Below are positions 61,889-64,000 of a stretch of 64,000 bases of DNA, piece by piece (the first letter of the stretch is position 1; the number at the start of each line of letters is the position of its first letter). The stretch comes from Clostridiales bacterium. Its GTDB lineage: Bacteria; Bacillota; Clostridia; Lachnospirales; Lachnospiraceae. The notes beneath the pieces were generated by a model. The model did no database searches, was not told where the DNA came from, and was given only the letters and a program-made list of their open reading frames with translations. The position numbers were made by a program, and so were the translations under genes. The stretch lies in the NCBI GenBank assembly GCA_020859995.1, contig JAJBVE010000120.1, positions 2,121 through 66,120 of the forward strand, in the 5' to 3' direction.

Positions 61889-63511
61889 TTGAAGGAATTT
61901 AACACGACCGGCATCTGTTTTCCGGACAGGCACTATATGGTCGATACATCCGAACGTATCCACAGGATTATCGAAGAATTGATCAAGAAGAATAAGTATT
62001 TTACAATCAACAGAGCCAGGCAGTATGGAAAGACTACAACCATTTCCAGATTAAGAGCTGCGCTGCGGGATGAGTATTATGTGGCCAAAATATCATTTGA
62101 AGGGCTTGGTGAAACGGCGAAATCCGAATATGGTTTTGTGTGGAAATTTATCCAGCTTGTAGGGTTTCAGCTTTCAGCCGCCGGCTTCCCGCAAAAAGTA
62201 CTGGACGAATGGGAGGCACCTTCTTTTAAGGAATCGTCTTTTATGAATGATTCCATTGCCTTTTTAGATATTCGTATTACCAGACTGTGTTCCCAAAGCG
62301 ACCGGGAAATTATTCTTTTTATTGACGAGGTGGATGGCATCTCGAATAATGAACTTTTCCTGAGCTTTCTTGGAATGCTGAGAAGAAAATACCTCAGCGC
62401 CTCTGAGGGAGATGACTGCACGTTTAAGAGCGTTGTCCTGGCTGGTGTTTATGATATTAAAAATATTCAGGCCAAAATACGCCCAAATGAAGAACATCAA
62501 TATAACAGCCCCTGGAACATTACTGCGGATTTTGATATAGATATGTCTTTTCATACTGACGAAATCGAAACCATGCTAAAGGAATACCGCAAGGATCATG
62601 GATTTGATTTTGATACGGCCTGGTTTGCTGGTCAGATTTTCGCCTATACATCCGGGTACCCGTTTCTGGTGTCACGGCTCTGCTGGCTGCTGGACACTAA
62701 AGTCTGCATGGATCCGGATTTCGGCTCAAAACAGGCTGCCTGGTCGCAGAATGGATTCCAGAGAGCTGTGAAGCTCCTTTTGAAAGAACAGAATACTCTT
62801 TTCGATGATCTGAACAAAAAGCTGGATTCAGATGAAAAATTAAAGAATCTGGTTTACCGGATCGTTGTATGCCGGGAAAATATTCCTTTTAACCAGAATG
62901 ACAATCTGATAAAATTCGGGACAATGTTTGGATGGTTCAAGGATCTGAATGGAAAAACCGTGATCTCAAACCGCATTTTTGAGACCATTATCTGCGATAA
63001 GCTCCTTCAGGAGCGGACCACCACCCGCATTTATAAAGAGGGAGTCCTGGAAACAATTCAGCTGAAGACATCCACTGAGCTGAATATGGATAAAATAATT
63101 GAACGATTTGCCGCTCATTATAAAAGTATGTACGCGGACCGTACCTCCGACATCGGCTCTGCCGATATCGGACAAGAACTTGAAAATGAAGCGCGAATGA
63201 TTTTTCTTACTTTTTTGAAGCCGATCATCAACGGCAGCGGCAATTATTACATGGAACCGGAAGCCTTTGACAAGACCCGGACGGACATTGTCGTTGATTA
63301 TGGGGGACATCAGTACGTGATTGAGGCGAAGATCTGGCATGGTGAAAGTTACGAACAGTCCGGCAGGGAGCAGCTCTGCGGCTACCTGAAACGCTACAAT
63401 CTGCCCGTCGGCTGGCTGATCAGTTTTTGTTTTAATAAAAATAAAGATACGCTTGTTGGAACACGCGAAATACGGATTGATGGTAAAATCATCCGGGAGA
63501 CGGTGCTGTAG
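61889..63511 (+). CDS. AAA-type ATPase with C-terminal PD-(D/E)XK nuclease fold (distant paralog of the 13798 gene)
   Basis: TTG start follows RBS aaggggga. HYMVDTSERI...FTINRARQYGKTTT (P-loop), ILFIDEVD (Walker B-like), C-terminal RTDIVVDYGGHQYVIEAKIW (D...E-x-K). Confidence 0.7.
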   Translation: MKEFNTTGICFPDRHYMVDTSERIHRIIEELIKKNKYFTINRARQYGKTTTISRLRAALRDEYYVAKISFEGLGETAKSEYGFVWKFIQLVGFQLSAAGFPQKVLDEWEAPSFKESSFMNDSIAFLDIRITRLCSQSDREIILFIDEVDGISNNELFLSFLGMLRRKYLSASEGDDCTFKSVVLAGVYDIKNIQAKIRPNEEHQYNSPWNITADFDIDMSFHTDEIETMLKEYRKDHGFDFDTAWFAGQIFAYTSGYPFLVSRLCWLLDTKVCMDPDFGSKQAAWSQNGFQRAVKLLLKEQNTLFDDLNKKLDSDEKLKNLVYRIVVCRENIPFNQNDNLIKFGTMFGWFKDLNGKTVISNRIFETIICDKLLQERTTTRIYKEGVLETIQLKTSTELNMDKIIERFAAHYKSMYADRTSDIGSADIGQELENEARMIFLTFLKPIINGSGNYYMEPEAFDKTRTDIVVDYGGHQYVIEAKIWHGESYEQSGREQLCGYLKRYNLPVGWLISFCFNKNKDTLVGTREIRIDGKIIRETVL

Positions 63512-63580
63512 CTGCTGCGGATGGTTTTTGCAAGCATGTGGGTCAGGCAAATAAAAAAGGCGGGGAAATCCTCCGCTTTT

Positions 63581-63799
63581 TTATGTCTTTGAACCTTCCT
63601 CATCTTTTTTATATTCGGCAATATCTTCCAGACGACAGTCCAGAATCTCGCATAGCATATTAAGTGTATGAGTGGAAACATTCTCGTTTGATCGCAGGCG
63701 AGAGAGCTGCCCGGCAGATACGCCATAATCCTTGATTAATCTATATTGAGAAACGCCTTTATCTTGCAAAGTGCGCCAAAGCGGTTTGTATGAAATCAT
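63581..63799 (-). CDS. XRE-family helix-turn-helix transcriptional regulator
   Basis: MISYKPLWRTLQDKGVSQYRLIKDYGVSAGQLSRLRSNENVSTHTLNMLCEILDCRLEDI is a typical short Cro/CI-type HTH. The tracked ORF adds 14 codons upstream. Confidence 0.75.
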   Translation of the reverse strand: MISYKPLWRTLQDKGVSQYRLIKDYGVSAGQLSRLRSNENVSTHTLNMLCEILDCRLEDIAEYKKDEEGSKT

Positions 63800-63966
63800 G
63801 CTTAGTTTTTTCCTCAATTTCCTTATTTCTTCTTGCATCATAGCCGAAAATGGACTATATTAATATTAGCCATAAATGGGCAGTACACCTTATCATACGC
63901 AATATTCTTGACTCAGATGCGCTGACCTGTATGTAGTGTAAAAAATTGTTAATTGGAGGAAAGGTT

Positions 63967-64000
63967 ATGAAGAGAAAAACAGTGTTATTTATGGCGGCTG
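63967..64000 (+). CDS. 5' end of an ORF running off the window (signal-peptide-like start MKRKTVLFMAA)
   Basis: RBS ggaggaaagg sits 4 nt before the ATG. Only 11 codons are visible. Confidence 0.3.
   Translation, partial: MKRKTVLFMAA

Noticed and set aside
1-64000. A search for a diversity-generating retroelement, retron, prophage, toxin-antitoxin pair or restriction-modification system.
   Set aside because: I recognised no reverse transcriptase, phage structural or integrase genes, methyltransferase/restriction pair or small adjacent TA-like ORF pair. The only DNA- or RNA-modifying methyltransferases present are the housekeeping RsmI and the YabB-like enzyme.

Overview
The gene content of this 64-kb chromosomal window points to a Firmicutes/Clostridia, Lachnospiraceae-like genome: Bacillus-type large SRP RNA, sortase pili, and yaaO-holB-ricT-yabB-rsmI synteny. 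This taxonomic call is an inference, not a database result. The left half (1-33 kb) is accessory-rich. It holds an Abi_2 abortive-infection gene; a sortase-dependent pilus operon (dedicated type I signal peptidase, 2,750-aa LPETG tip adhesin, MPETG backbone pilin, class C sortase); an AAA-ATPase-like/PD-(D/E)XK gene; a 786-aa pilin-like protein with a non-canonical VQTAD sorting signal; an Rpn-like PD-(D/E)XK gene facing away from an orphan 559-aa gene across an AT-rich spacer; a truncated duplicate of the AAA-ATPase gene start; a secreted Big_2 protein; a galactokinase-family gene; yqeY; tRNA-Ser(CGA); and a 2,299-aa adhesin ending in VQTGD. The right half (33-64 kb) is mostly housekeeping: tadA, SRP RNA, class A PBP, M18 aminopeptidase, yigZ, murI, pdaA-like deacetylase, Orn/Lys/Arg decarboxylase, gmk-like kinase, holB, ricT, tRNA m6A methyltransferase, rsmI, thrE pair, GH29 fucosidase, Uma2 nuclease, serA. 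Accessory genes interrupt it. The main one is a 1,024-aa tandem-TIR/Sel1/TPR protein lying antisense between rsmI and thrE. There are also two more AAA-ATPase/PD-(D/E)XK paralogs, one decayed and one intact next to an XRE regulator. My best candidates for uncharacterised biology are: (i) the stand-alone TIR-TIR-Sel1-TPR protein; (ii) the four-member ATPase-nuclease paralog family with a duplicated leader; (iii) the Rpn-like/orphan 559-aa island; (iv) the dual sorting-signal surface-protein repertoire, (L/M)PETGG versus VQT[GA]D, with only one sortase present; (v) an ~80-bp dispersed intergenic repeat family. I saw no CRISPR array, rRNA, integrase, reverse transcriptase or prophage. All domain calls rest on motif recognition by eye and need HMM or structure confirmation.
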